Assembly: GCA_963814585.1 (NCBI GenBank)
Contig: CAWFDF010000003.1
Span: 1-64,000, forward strand
Origin: an uncultured delta proteobacterium
GTDB taxonomy: Bacteria > Myxococcota > Myxococcia > Myxococcales > Anaeromyxobacteraceae
DNA: 64,000 bases
Direction of reading: 5' to 3'
Below are positions 29,671 to 42,536 of the stretch, piece after piece (position 1 is the first letter of the stretch; each line of letters begins with the position of its first letter). Both the position numbers and the translations under genes were made by a program. Under the pieces are notes generated by a model. That model did no database searches and was not told the origin of the DNA. It saw nothing but the letters and a program-made list of their open reading frames with translations.

Positions 29671-30666
29671 ATGACGACCATCATCTCGGATGTGCTGGAG
29701 AAGCTCACGCTCGGAGAGCCGCAGTCCTTCGAGCACCTCTCGCTGTTCCCGCTCATGGCCGGGTCGGAGGTGAAGCCTGCCTACTTGACGCTCGTCGAGG
29801 CCCTCCAGGGGGGCCACAGCCGTGTGACCGAGGTGTCGGAGGCCGGCCACGTGCCCGAGCTCCTCCTCGACAACCCGTCCACCCACCGGGTCCTGCTCCT
29901 GGAGGGCGACGAGCTCGTCGGCGCCCGGCAGAACCGGGTCCTCAACGTGACCATCCTGGTGGGGCCCGGAGCGAAGCTCACCATCCCGGTCTCGTGCGTG
30001 GAGCGCGGCCGCTGGTCCTACCGGTCTCGCGAGTTCCGCAGCGAGGACCGGATGATGTTCGCCAGGGGCCGGGCCGAGAAGATGTCCCAGGTGGCGCGCT
30101 CCGACCGGGCCAGCGGGACGCGCCGGTCCGACCAGGGCGCGGTCTGGTCGGCGGTGCAGGCCAAGGCGCAGGCCCTGGCCGCCCACGCACCGACCGAGGC
30201 CATGAGCGACGTCTATGACCATGCCTCCAGGCACATCGGTGACTACCGGGCCGCCTTCTCGGCGGTCGCCGGCCAGGTCGGCGCCCTGCTCGCCATCGAC
30301 GGCCGGATGGTCGGCGTCGAGCTGTTCGACGCGGCACGGACGCTGAGCTCGGCGCTGGGCCGGATCGTCGGGAGCTACGCGCTCGATGCGCTCGAGAGCA
30401 GGAGCCGGGTGTTCGCTGCGCCCGCCCGCTCGGCGGCGGGGTCGTTCCTGGCTCGCGTGGCCTCGGCGACGGCCGAGGAGGTGCCGGCCGTCGGGCTCGG
30501 CGAGGAGCTGCGCGTGGCAGGCCCGGGGATCATCGGCGAGGCCCTGGCGCTGGACGGCCAGCTCGTCCACCTCTCCGCGCTGGTGCTGGAGGACGACGGC
30601 GGCAGCATGGAAGGACGTGGCGCCCGGGCGTCCCGGATGGCCTCCCACCGCCGGGGCCGTCGGTGA
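29671..30666 (+). CDS. ARPP-1 (DUF6569-like) family protein
   Basis: AGGAGA RBS; LSLFPL, YLTL.EAL, VTEVSEAG.VP.L...N, GDELVGARQNR.LN, IPVSCVE.GRW, QGAVW, QVGAL..IDG..VGVELFD, SYALDA. Confidence 0.8.
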   Translation: MTTIISDVLEKLTLGEPQSFEHLSLFPLMAGSEVKPAYLTLVEALQGGHSRVTEVSEAGHVPELLLDNPSTHRVLLLEGDELVGARQNRVLNVTILVGPGAKLTIPVSCVERGRWSYRSREFRSEDRMMFARGRAEKMSQVARSDRASGTRRSDQGAVWSAVQAKAQALAAHAPTEAMSDVYDHASRHIGDYRAAFSAVAGQVGALLAIDGRMVGVELFDAARTLSSALGRIVGSYALDALESRSRVFAAPARSAAGSFLARVASATAEEVPAVGLGEELRVAGPGIIGEALALDGQLVHLSALVLEDDGGSMEGRGARASRMASHRRGRR

Positions 30667-30727
30667 ACGCCGTCGGCAGCTCCCCGCGGCCAGGGTCTCC
30701 TGCTCCTGCAACTCGAGAGGTGACCCC

Positions 30728-31432
30728 ATGGCGGAGGAGCTCCAGGCCATGAAGCCGACCGGGAGCTCACCCATGCCGAGGAAGGCGAAGCGCCGGGGCC
30801 TCTCACGCCAGCAGGCGGACCGGGCCATCTGGATCGACTTCGAGGGCTTCGCGAACGCGTCGCCGACGCTGATCGGCGTGCTGATCGACGGCAGCCTCGA
30901 GCAGATCGTCCTGGAGCCGCTCCTCGCGGAGGCCGCGAGGGCCAAGGGGCTGAGGCTGTCGACGCTCCGGCAGGAGGTCGACCGGCTGGTCGCGCTCTGC
31001 CGGGCCGAGGGCCGGGTGCTGGTCGCCTACTCGAAGCACGAGCTCAAGGTCATCCGTGACCACTGCGGGCTGGATGTCTCGGACATCTACCGCGACGCGC
31101 TGAAGATCGCGAAGCGGTGGTGGCGCCGCACTCACCCGGGTCGACCGCTCGAGGACAGGAGCCTCAACGCCATCCTGGCGCTCGTCGGTCACCCGGTGCC
31201 TCCACACCTCGGGGAGAGGAAGACCACGCACCGGCTGCGGGGCGTCCTCGCGGGCCTCGCCGCCAAGGGGACCTATGACGCCCTCACCCCGGTGGTGAAG
31301 GCCAAGTGGACCAAGCTGCTGGAGCACAACGCCTCCGACTGCCGCGGGATGGAGCTCCTGGTCCAGCTGGCCGTCTCGAACGGCGCGGGCCCCTCGGCCG
31401 GAGGGGCAAGCGTGCGGCGCCTCCCCCGTTGA
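30728..31432 (+). CDS. RNase H-fold / DEDD-like exonuclease domain protein
   Basis: IWIDFEG, LVAYS.HE, YRDA, SL, LLEHN..DC pattern. Start may be 30773. Confidence 0.6.
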   Translation: MAEELQAMKPTGSSPMPRKAKRRGLSRQQADRAIWIDFEGFANASPTLIGVLIDGSLEQIVLEPLLAEAARAKGLRLSTLRQEVDRLVALCRAEGRVLVAYSKHELKVIRDHCGLDVSDIYRDALKIAKRWWRRTHPGRPLEDRSLNAILALVGHPVPPHLGERKTTHRLRGVLAGLAAKGTYDALTPVVKAKWTKLLEHNASDCRGMELLVQLAVSNGAGPSAGGASVRRLPR

Positions 31433-31469
31433 CGCGGCGTGCGCCGCCGTCCAGGACGAGGTGGCGAGA

Positions 31470-31710
31470 CTGCCAGCCTCTCCTCCCGCCGGACCTTGCC
31501 GAGGAGGTCCTGCAGCTCGCCGTCGGCCAGCGACTCCTTCTCCAGGAGGTCCCTGGCCGCGGTGGCAAGGAGCTCGCGGCTCAGCCGGAGGAGCTCGACG
31601 CGCCGGGCCGCGCCCGCGCCGACGAACATCTCGACGAACTCGCAGCCGGAGATTGAGAAGAAACGGGACGCCGGCCTCGCCCGCCGCCTCGATCAGCGTC
31701 TTGCAATCAC
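31470..31710 (-). pseudogene. ftsH: FtsH remnant (AAA fragment fused to extreme C-terminus)
   Basis: KTL..A.GEAGVP.FSISG.EFVEMFVG.GAAR is joined to L...A..LLEKESL...EL..LL. Confidence 0.75.
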
Positions 31711-31792
31711 CCCCTCCTGCCCCTTCACGGGGGCGTCCCCTCGGGCACGGATTGTGGAACTCTCGGTGGATGGGTTAGCTTTTCCGTCGACC

Positions 31793-32702
31793 ATGGAGTG
31801 GCTCAACTACCACCACCTCTACTACTTCTGGACCGATGGCCCGGGCGGGCTCCATCGCCAAGGCCAGCCAGGAGCTGCGGCTCGCCCAGCCCACCATCTC
31901 CAACCAGCTGAAGACCCTGGAGGGCTCCCTGGGAGTGAAGCTGCTGGAGCGGCAGGGGCGCCGGCTGGTCCTCACCGACGCCGGGCGCACCGTCCTCAAG
32001 TACGCCGACGACATCTTCCGTACCGGGCGCGAGCTGCAGCTGGCGGTCAAGGGGCTGCCCACCGGGCAGCGGGTGCGCCTCGTGGCCGGGGTGGCCGACG
32101 TCATCCCCAAGCGCGTGGCCGCGCTGCTGCTGCAGCCGGCGGTGGACGCCTTCCCGGACCTCACGCTGGTCTGCCGCGAGGGGCCGCTGCCGCAGCTCCT
32201 CGCCGCCCTGGCGCTCCACGAGCTCGACGTGGTGCTGGCCGACGTCCCGGCCGGCGAGGACGTCAAGGTGAAGGCCTTCAGCCACGAGCTGGGCGGCTGC
32301 GGCATGACCTTCTTCGCGGCCCCGCGGCTGGCCGCCCTGCGCAAGGGCTTCCCGCGGTCGCTCGACGGCCAGCCCATGCTGCTGCCCGCCGAGGGCACCG
32401 CGGTCCGGCGGTCCCTCGACGGCTGGCTCGATGGGCACGGCCTCCACGCCATCCTCGCCGGCGAGTTCGACGACGGCGCCCTCATGAAGGCCTTCGGCGA
32501 GCGCGGCCTGGGGGTGTTCGCCGTGCCCCGGATCATCGAGGCCGAGGTGAAGGACGCGCACGGCGTGGTGGTGCTGGGGCGGGCCGAGGAGGTGCGGGTT
32601 CGCTTCTACGCCATCACGGTGGAGCGCCGGCTGCGCCACCCGGCGGTGGCGGCGCTGGCCGAGGCGGCCCGCGGGGAGATCTTCGGGGCTGGCGAGGCAT
32701 AG
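31793..32702 (+). CDS. nhaR: LysR-family transcriptional activator NhaR, frameshift near 31835
   Basis: MEWLNYHHLYYFW..AR.GSI.KA..EL.L.QPTIS.Q, GVADVIPK, GEFDD.ALMKAFG, FYAITVERR..HP. Confidence 0.9.
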
Positions 32703-32769
32703 GTTTTCTCGTTGTTTCGGTCGAACATTATCTATTCGACGGCAGGCGCGCCGGCCTTAGGTTCTGGTC

Positions 32770-33012
32770 ATGCGCACCGACGACACCACGACCCTGGACA
32801 GGAAGACCTGGCGGCGCCTGGTCGAGCTGCGACTGGCCGGGCGCATCACCCGCGCGGCGCTCCAGCGGCTGGAGGGGCTCCTCCTCCACGACCGGCCGGC
32901 CACCCCGGCCGCGGCCCGCTCGCCCCCGCGGCTCACGCTGCTCCAGGGCGGCGGCCAGCCCCCTCCATCGCCACCGTCGCCACCCACCCCCTCACCACGC
33001 GAGGTCGCCTGA
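32770..33012 (+). CDS. Small hypothetical protein
   Basis: 80-aa ORF ending 2 bp before the htpX start. Confidence 0.45.
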   Translation: MRTDDTTTLDRKTWRRLVELRLAGRITRAALQRLEGLLLHDRPATPAAARSPPRLTLLQGGGQPPPSPPSPPTPSPREVA

Positions 33013-33014
33013 CC

Positions 33015-33936
33015 ATGATGAAGAACCAGCTCAAGACCATCCTCCTGCTCGGTGCCCTGTCGGCCCTGCTCGTCGGCTTCGGCGCCTCCCTCGGCCCAGG
33101 CGCGTTCTACGGCTTCACCGCCCTGGCCCTGGGCATGAACCTCTTCGCCTACTTCTTCTCGGACAAGCTCGTGCTGCGCATGAACGGCGCGCGCGAGCTG
33201 CCCCGCGAGGAGGCCCCTCGCCTCCACGCGGTGGTGGAGGAGCTCGCCACCCGCGCCGGCCTGCCGAAGCCGCGCGTCTTCTTCATCGACGACCCGCACG
33301 CCAACGCCTTCGCCACCGGTCGCAACCCCGCCAGGGCGGTGGTGGCCGTGACCCGGGGCATCACCGAGATCCTGGACGAGCGGGAGCTGCGGGGCGTGCT
33401 GGCCCACGGAGATCGCCCACGTGAAGAACCGCGACATCCTGGTGGCCAGCGTGGCCGCCGGCATCGCCACCGCCATCTCGCACCTGGCCAACGTGCTGGC
33501 CTTCTCCGGGCTCTTCGGCGGCGGGCAGCAGGACGAGGACGGCCACCCCGCCCAGGGGCTGCTCTTCATGATCCTCGCCCCCATCGGCGCCACCCTGGTG
33601 CAGCTCGGCATCTCGCGCTCGCGCGAGTACCTGGCCGACGAGACCGGGGCTCGCCTCACCGGTGACCCGATGGCGCTCGCCTCCGCGCTCGACAAGCTGC
33701 AGCGCTCGGCCGAGGTGGTGCCGGCCGAGGGGTCGCCGGCCACCGCCAGCCTCTTCATCGTCAACCCGTTCGGCGGGGCCCTGGCCGGCCTGGCCCGCCT
33801 CTTCTCCACGCACCCGCCTGCCGAGGAGCGCATCCGCCGCCTCCGCGACCTGGCCCGGGAGCTGGGCTCGCCCCGGCGGGCCGTCCCGCCCGCCGGGCGC
33901 CCCCGCCTCACCGCCACCGTGTGGCGGTCGCCGTGA
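33015..33936 (+). CDS. htpX: Zinc metalloprotease HtpX, frameshift near 33409
   Basis: YFFSDKLVL, NAFATGRNP, ELRGVLAH-EIAHVKNRD, ISRSREYLAD, LFSTHPP.EERI. Confidence 0.92.
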
Positions 33937-34075
33937 CCGGCGCCGCTCGCCCGGCCCTCCTCCTCGCCGCGGCCCTCCTGGGCGGCTGTGCCTCGGTGGC
34001 CCCCATGAAGTTCGTCGAGCAGGTCGACCTCCCTCGCTTCATGGGGGACTGGTACGTCCTCGGCGCCATCCCGGC
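33933..34075 (+). pseudogene. blc: Lipocalin (Blc) lipoprotein, truncated after the first motif
   Basis: Lipobox LGGC and VDLPRFMGDWYV..IP; similarity then ends. Confidence 0.75.
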
Positions 34076-34155
34076 CGTCCCGCGCCGGCTGGCCGCGGGC
34101 CACCGGGGGCGCCTGCTGGCCCGCGACGCCGCGCGCCGGGCCGGGCGCTCCGGGC

Positions 34156-36134
<1,979 letters not shown>

Positions 36135-36210
36135 TCATGCCCTTGTCATGGACAAGACGTGGTCGACAGCCTAGAGAAGCCGTGCAGGCCCTCTTCGCCG
36201 GAGACGAACC

Positions 36211-37633
36211 ATGACCAGACAGCTGACCAGGCTTCTTCCCGTGACCGCACTCCTGCTCGCCGCCTGTGGCGCGGAGGTGGCTCCCGATCCCGTCGCGGAC
36301 GCCGCCCCGACCGAGGCCGCCATGGCCGCCATGCGCCAGTCCGCGGACCGCTCGATGGCCACCGCCTACGTGGTGCACGGAATCAACGGCAAGGACCTCG
36401 GGCTCCCCGAGGCGCTGCCGGTGGACGTGCAGGTCGGCGACGCCTGCGCCCTGACCGCCTTCCAGTTCCGGGGCATCGCCGGCCCGCTCTCGCTCCCGGC
36501 CGGCACCTACGACGTGAAGGTGAGGCTCGCCGCCACCCCCGCCTGCTCCGGGGCCGTGGCCATCTCCGCGCCCGGCCTGGTGCTCGACGCCGGCGCCAAC
36601 GTCTCGATCGTCGCCCACCTCGACGACGCCGCCACGCCCGCCCCCACGGCGTCGGTGTTCGCCAACGACGTCACCATCGCCTTCGGGCGGTCGCGGGCCA
36701 TCGCCCGCCACGCCGCCGCCTTCGGTGGCGTGGACGTGCTGGTGGACGGCCAGGTCGCCTTCGCCGACCTGACCAGCGGCGAGCAGGGCACCGCCACGCT
36801 GAGGCCCGGGAACCATGCGCTCGCCATCGCGCCGGCGGGGACCACCGGGGCGGTCTTCGAGAAGGAGCTGCGCTTCAAGCCCTTCACCGTCTACGCCACC
36901 TACGCGGTGGGGACCCCGTCGAAGGGGACCTTCGAGGTGCTGCTGCAGACCCTCCCCATGTCCCGCTGGCCCGAGCGGGTGAAGCCGGCCACCGCCTACG
37001 TCGTCCACGGCATCAACGGCAAGGATCCTCGGCGAGGCCGAGGCCCTGCCGGTGGACGTCGAGGTGGGCGGCAGGTGCGTGCTCACCGGCCTCGAGTTCC
37101 GCGACGTCGCCGGGCCGCTGAAGCTCGCCCCCGGAACCTACGACGTGAACGTCCGCCTGGCCGCCGAGCCCGCCTGCTCTGGCGCGGTGGCCATCGCCGC
37201 TCCGGGCCTGGTGCTCGCGCCGGGAGCCAACGTGTCGATCGTGGCCCACCTCGCCGAGGGCTCGACCGCCACTCCGACCGCGTCGGTGTTCCCCAACGAC
37301 ACCAGCCGGACCCATGGAAAGGCCCGGGTGGTGGCCCGCCACGGGGCCAGCTTCGGCCCGGTGGACGTCCTGGTGAACGGCGCCGTCGCCTTCCCGGGCC
37401 TCGCCAACGGCCAGCAGGCGATGGCCGACCTGAAGGGCGGGACCTACGAGATCGCCATCGCCCCGGCCGGGACCAGCACCGAGGTGTACGCCAGCACCCT
37501 GAAGCTGAAGCCGGGCCGGGCCTACAACGCCTACGCGGTGGGAACGCCGGCGAGCGGCACCTTCGAGGTCCTGCTCCAGGTGACCAGGATCGGCCGTCAC
37601 TGCGACCTGTCGCGCGGCGAGGCGCACGACTGA
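36211..37633 (+). CDS. DUF4397-like lipoprotein with internal duplication, frameshift near 37030
   Basis: Lipobox LAAC; two near-identical halves [36 protein letters not shown]. Confidence 0.75.
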
Positions 37634-37723
37634 CCCGGAGGTCATCCCGGCGCCCGATCTCAGGCCACACGCGCTCGACAGCGCGGCCTGGAGAGTCGGG
37701 CGGCTGGATGGCGCACCTCTCGA

Positions 37724-37769
37724 CGAGCACCGAGCACCGAGAACCGAGCACCGAGCACCGAGTACCGAG
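37724..37769. repeat. Heptamer tandem repeat (CGAGCAC), about 6.5 copies
   Basis: cgagcac cgagcac cgagaac cgagcac cgagcac cgagtac cgag, upstream of the fasciclin gene. Confidence 0.85.
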
Positions 37770-37810
37770 TGATTCAACCCACGCAGACCACGTCCAAGGA
37801 GACTCACACC

Positions 37811-38296
37811 ATGCAGCTCAAGATCGCTTCCGCCGCAGCTCTCGCCTCCCTCCTCGCCTTCGCCGCGCCGGCCCGGGCCGACCATCACATGGCCAAGGAC
37901 ATCGTCGACACCGCCGTCGCCGCCGGCAGCTTCAAGACCCTCGCCACGGCCCTGGGCGAGGCCGGTCTCGTGGCCACCCTCAAGGGCCCCGGGCCGTTCA
38001 CCGTGTTCGCGCCGACCGACGAGGCCTTCGCCAAGCTCCCCGCCGGCGCGCTCGACAAGCTGCTCGCCGACAAGGAGAAGCTCAAGGCGGTGCTGCTCTA
38101 CCACGTGGTGGCCGGCAAGGTGACCGCCGCGGACGTGGTGAAGCTGACCAGCGCCAAGACCGTCCAGGGCGGTTCCCTCACCATCGCGGTCAAGGGCGAC
38201 AAGGTCCTGGTGGACGGCGCGACGGTGGCGAAGGCGGACGTCATGGCGTCGAACGGCGTCATCCACGTGGTCGACACCGTCCTCATGCCGAGGTGA
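37811..38296 (+). CDS. Secreted fasciclin (FAS1) domain protein
   Basis: Signal peptide; [46 protein letters not shown]. Confidence 0.95.
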   Translation: MQLKIASAAALASLLAFAAPARADHHMAKDIVDTAVAAGSFKTLATALGEAGLVATLKGPGPFTVFAPTDEAFAKLPAGALDKLLADKEKLKAVLLYHVVAGKVTAADVVKLTSAKTVQGGSLTIAVKGDKVLVDGATVAKADVMASNGVIHVVDTVLMPR

Positions 38297-38608
38297 CCTC
38301 GCCCGCGGGCAGCCCTCGGCGGGCGCGGGCCTCGACGGACTCATGAGCTGGACGGTCCAGCGTCCCTCCTGGCCCGCCTGCGCCACCTTCGGCGTCATGG
38401 CGATCGTGGCCGGCTCGGACCGGGTGACGGGCTCGGTCAGGGCGATCCCGGACCGCGGCCGCGACGAGTGGCTGTTCCAGCGGTGGGCCGAGATGGACGA
38501 CTGGATCGCCCGATCGAGGGCCGGCGGCGGTCGCGCCGCCAGGTGACCCGCGGAGGCCGCAAGCCCCGGGCTTGCGGCCGGGCCGGCCACCCGGTAGGGG
38601 TTCCCCCC

Positions 38609-39674
38609 ATGCTCGGCATCCTCCTCCTCAACCTCGGCACGCCCGACGCCCCCACGCCGTCCGCGGTGCGTCGCTACCTCCGCGAGTTCCTCTCCGATCC
38701 GCGGGTCATCGACATCCACCCGGTGGCCCGGAAGCTCCTCCTCGAGCTGGTGATCCTGCCGACGCGGCCGAGGAAGAGCGCCGCCGCCTACGCCAAGGTC
38801 TGGACCGGCGAGGGCTCGCCCTTGCTCACCTTCTCGCGGGCGCTGGAGGGCAAGGTGCGCCAGGCGCTCGGGCCAGGGCACCTCGTCGAGCTGGCCATGC
38901 GCTACGGAAGCCCGGCCATCGGTGGGGCCCTGGCCCGGCTGCGGGCCGGCGGCGCCAGCCGGCTGGTGGTGGCGCCCCTCTACCCGCAGTACTCCTCGGC
39001 GGCCACCGGCTCCTCGCTCGAGGCGGTCTTCGCCGCCCTGGCCCGCCAGCACGTGGTGCCGCCGGTCCAGGTCCTCCCGCCCTTCTACGACGACCCGGGC
39101 TTCATCGCGGCCTTCGCCGCGGTGGGCGCCCCGGTGCTGGCGCGCGAGCAGCCGGACCACGTCCTCTTCAGCTTCCACGGCCTGCCCGAGCGGCACGTCA
39201 AGGCCTCCGACCACTCGGGGCGCCACTGCCTCCGGTCGGCCGGCTGCTGCGACGCGATCGGGGAGTCCAACCGCGACTGCTACCGGGCCCAGTGCCACGC
39301 CACGGCGCGGGCTCTGTCGGCCAGGCTCGGGCTCCAGCCCGGGAGCTGGAGCGTCTGCTTCCAGTCACGCCTGGGCCGGACCCCCTGGATCACGCCCTAC
39401 ACCGACCTGCGGCTCGACCGAGCTGGCGCGGGAGGGGAAGAAGCGGCTCTGCGTCTTCTGCCCCGCCTTCGTGGCCGACTGCCTGGAGACGCTGGAGGAG
39501 ATCGGCCTGCGCGCCCAGCGAGCAGTTCACGGCAGCCGGGGGGAGCGGGTCACGCTGGTGCCCTCGCTCAACGCCACCGACGCCTGGGTCGAGGCCCTGG
39601 TCCGGCTGCTGCGCCACACCGCCGGGGCACCGGCCGCGCCCGAATCCCGTGGTGGCGCCGGAGCGGCGCCCTGA
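38609..39674 (+). CDS. hemH: Ferrochelatase, frameshifts near 3' end
   Basis: GILLLNLGTPD, EFLSDPRV, LAMRYG.P, PLYPQYS, FSFHGLP, FQSRLG..PW..PYT, FVADCLETLEEI. Confidence 0.93.
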
Positions 39675-39684
39675 GGTCGACCGG

Positions 39685-39785
39685 GGCGAGGCGCTCCTCG
39701 TCATCGACACCGCCTCCGAGTGCGGCGTCACGCCCCAGTCCCATCGGTGAAGGGGCCGCAGGCCGATCCGCTCCATCGCGACGTT
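39685..39785 (+). pseudogene. Glutathione peroxidase scraps
   Basis: GEALLVIDTASECGVTPQ (cf. GK.LL.VNTAS.CG.TPQ) is followed by VKGPQADPL (cf. V.G..AHPL). Confidence 0.6.
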
Positions 39786-39930
39786 GACGTCCTCCCAGGA
39801 AGCTGGACCGAGGCGAAGTCGAGCCTGCTCGTTCTCTCGGGGCGTCTGGAGAGAGGCGCCGAGGGTGAGGAGGTCGAGGTTCACGGAGGAGCAGATCGCG
39901 TACGCCCTGCGGCCGGTGGAGGCGGGGACC
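39786..39930 (+). mobile_element. IS3-family left-end remnant
   Basis: TG-starting end tgacgtcctccc..., then orfA VRRSRFTEEQIAYALR.VEAGT from GTG 39865; truncated. Confidence 0.7.
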
Positions 39931-40154
39931 AGCGTGTCCGCGCCGTCGGCGGGTGTTCGCAGCAGGGGCCCGACGATGCGCCGGAAGGCCGGGAGCGACC
40001 GCACCAGGCCGGGGGTATCGGCCCACCCGGGGTGCATGGACTGCACGACGATACCGTCGCCTGACAGCCGCCTCGCCCACAGCTCGGCCAGCGTCACCTG
40101 GGCCCGCTTGGCACGGGCATAGGCGGTCGTCCCGTCGTAGCCATCGACCGGCAT
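39927..40154 (-). pseudogene. Short-chain dehydrogenase internal fragment
   Basis: YDG..AYARAKRAQ (YxxxK), SMHPGWADTPG, RTP..GADT. Confidence 0.8.
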
Positions 40155-40185
40155 CTCCAGCCGCTCGCCGCGGCCCGCTCGCCGC

Positions 40186-40539
40186 TCACGTCAGGTACTC
40201 CTGCAGGTTGGTCTTCCCGAAGCGGCTTCCTCCGATGGCCTCGTGGAGCTGCCTGGCGATGAGCGCCATGACCCGCCTGACGCCGGCGGTCTTCTCCGGA
40301 TCCGTGGCCGGGAGGAGCCGGACGGTGATCTGCCGGTCCTTCTGCGAGAGCTGCACGAAGAAGGCCTGCGAGCGGCCTTCCTCGACCACGACGCAGTCGA
40401 CCAGGGCCGTGCGGCTCGACCGGTTCAGGTAGACATCGACCACCTTGAGGATCTCGCTCCCGCTTCGCACCACCTCGAGCTGGATGCCCTGGCAGGCGAG
40501 CCCGAGATCGAGCGCCTCCTCGATGACGACATGGGGCAT
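40186..40539 (-). CDS. Hypothetical protein (117 aa)
   Basis: AAGGAG RBS; intact ORF MPHVV...TVRL.P.TDPEKT.GV...TNL. Confidence 0.75.
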   Translation of the reverse strand: MPHVVIEEALDLGLACQGIQLEVVRSGSEILKVVDVYLNRSSRTALVDCVVVEEGRSQAFFVQLSQKDRQITVRLLPATDPEKTAGVRRVMALIARQLHEAIGGSRFGKTNLQEYLT

Positions 40540-40711
40540 CGGTCGCTCCTTACTCTCTCGTCTTGAGTCCAGTCACGGCCACGACGATGCTGCGCCTCGA
40601 TTCCAGGTGGCCCGGATACTCGCACACGCCGACGCCCTCGGGCGGAAGGCATGGCCGGGCGCGAGCCGCCACCCATTGGACGCCGCCACGAATCGGCCGC
40701 CCCGTGACTCT

Positions 40712-41341
40712 CTAGGCGAGCGGCCAGACCACCAGGACGGCCAGGTCCCAGGCGGCGTGGGCGAGGACCGCCGGCCAGAGCGAGCGTCCGGCGACGCGTA
40801 GAAGTCCCCAGCCGAAGCCGCAGCACGTGGCCACGACGGCCAGCAGGACCGATCCGGACGCCAGGCTCGCTGCCCCGTAGAGGAGCGCCACCAGGGCCAC
40901 CCGGGCCAGGGCCCGGCCGTGGACTGGCCTCGGGCCGGTCTCGGCGGCCGGGTCCGAGAGCGGGCGGCCGCGCCAGACCAGCTCCTCGCAGAAGGAGAGC
41001 AGGACCACCAGCGCACCGAGCGCCGCCGGGCGGTACCCCGCGGAGTTGAGCAGGCCGTAGAGCCCGCGGGTCGCCCCCGGAAGCGTGGGAAAGAGTGGAA
41101 CGAGCGCCCGGTAGAGGCCGTAGGTCGCGCCGACCATGGCCACGCCACCCGCCGCGCCCAGCGCCAGGGATCCGGCGCTGGCACGCAACAGCCTTCGGGT
41201 TCCGGGATCTCCGAGGGCCAGCCTCCCCGCGGCAAGCACCGCCAGGATGGCGAGCGGTGTCCAGCTTCCCGTGAGCCGAACCCACGCGAAGCCGAGGAGC
41301 CAGCAGGCGACGGCGATGGGCAGATCCAGTCGGGGTGACAT
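40712..41341 (-). CDS. CPBP (CAAX/Abi) intramembrane glutamic endopeptidase
   Basis: Multiple TM segments, EELVWRG, AHAAWD. Confidence 0.85.
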   Translation of the reverse strand: MSPRLDLPIAVACWLLGFAWVRLTGSWTPLAILAVLAAGRLALGDPGTRRLLRASAGSLALGAAGGVAMVGATYGLYRALVPLFPTLPGATRGLYGLLNSAGYRPAALGALVVLLSFCEELVWRGRPLSDPAAETGPRPVHGRALARVALVALLYGAASLASGSVLLAVVATCCGFGWGLLRVAGRSLWPAVLAHAAWDLAVLVVWPLA

Positions 41342-41372
41342 GGGCTGGCGGACTGTAGCAAGGTGTGGCGCG

Positions 41373-42335
41373 ATGTCCGAGCAGGTCCTCCTCACAGGCG
41401 CCACCGGCTTCATCGGCCAGCACCTCTTCCCCGCGCTGGTGCAGGCCGGCCATCACGTCCGCTGCCTCACCCGCAGGCCCGACCAGTCGCGCGCCCGCTG
41501 GCCGGACCGCGACTGGGTCGGCGGCGACGTCGGCGAGCCGAAGGGCCTGGCGCGCGCCATGGAGCGCTGCTCGACCGCCTACTACCTGGTCCACGGCATG
41601 GCATCGGCGAGGCCCGGCTGGGCCGACGAGGAGCTGCGCTGGGCCGAGGACTTCGCCGAGGCGGCCGGCCAGGCGGGCGTGCGCAGGGTGATCTACCTGG
41701 GGGGCGTGGCGCCTCGCGGCGGGCCCTCGGAGCACCTGCGCTCGCGGCTCGAGACCGGCGGGGTGCTCCGCGCCGGTCCGGTCCCGTGCCTGGAGCTGCG
41801 CGCCGGGATGATCATCGGGGCAGGCAGCGCGTCGTGGACCATCGTGCGCGACCTGGCGGCGCGACTTCCGGGGATGGTCCTGCCCGCGTGGCTCGCGCAT
41901 CGCAGCGAGCCGGTGGCGGTCGACGACGTGGTGGCGGCGCTGGTGGCGGGGATGCGGATCGAGCTCCCTGGCGGCACCTGGTGGGACATCCCGGGCCCCG
42001 AGGCCCTCTCCGGGAAGGAGATCCTGCTGCGGGTCGCCGCGGTGATGGGGCGGCGGCCCATCCTCCTCGACGTCCCGCTCGTCACCCCTCGCCTCTCCTC
42101 TCACTGGATCCGCCTGGTGACCCGTGCCGACTTCGGGCTCGCCCGCGAGCTCGTGGAGGGGCTCACGAGCGACCTGCTCGCGACCCGGCCGGGCTACTGG
42201 GTCGCGGCCGGGCTCCCGGCACCCATCGCGCTCGAGGAGGCGGCCCGCCGGGCGCTCGCCGCCGAGGCCGGGACCCTGTCACTGCGCGGGCAGATCGCCG
42301 AGGCCCTGGCGGGCCTGCTCACCCGGCGCGCGTGA
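41373..42335 (+). CDS. YbjT-like NAD(P)-binding atypical SDR
   Basis: VLLTGATGFIG, AYYLVH.M, SEHLRSR.E, ELRA..IIG.GS.S, P.AV.DV. Confidence 0.9.
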   Translation: MSEQVLLTGATGFIGQHLFPALVQAGHHVRCLTRRPDQSRARWPDRDWVGGDVGEPKGLARAMERCSTAYYLVHGMASARPGWADEELRWAEDFAEAAGQAGVRRVIYLGGVAPRGGPSEHLRSRLETGGVLRAGPVPCLELRAGMIIGAGSASWTIVRDLAARLPGMVLPAWLAHRSEPVAVDDVVAALVAGMRIELPGGTWWDIPGPEALSGKEILLRVAAVMGRRPILLDVPLVTPRLSSHWIRLVTRADFGLARELVEGLTSDLLATRPGYWVAAGLPAPIALEEAARRALAAEAGTLSLRGQIAEALAGLLTRRA

Positions 42336-42363
42336 GCCCGCACCCGCCTCCTCCCGGGGCACT

Positions 42364-42438
42364 CAGGGCCCGCCGGGCGCCAGCTCCAGCAGGATCTCGT
42401 TGGTGCGCAGGAACCAGGGCATGAAGGGCGGGTCGCGG
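42364..42438 (-). pseudogene. SOUL heme-binding protein C-terminal scrap
   Basis: DPPFMPWFLRTNEILLEL-stop (cf. YDPP..P.FLRRNE). Confidence 0.6.
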
Positions 42439-42439
42439 G

Positions 42440-42519
42440 GGCCACGAGCTCTCCATCGAGCTGGTCCCCTGCGACGCCGGCGCCGCCGACCGCGGGGCCG
42501 AGTCGGAGCGCATCACCGC
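42440..42519 (+). repeat. 80-bp diverged copy of an internal piece of the acyltransferase gene at 56767-56846
   Basis: ggccacgagctctcc...gccgccgaccgcggggc.gagtcggagcgcatcaccgc is present at both sites. Confidence 0.85.
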
Positions 42520-42536
42520 TCGACTGGACGCTCCTC

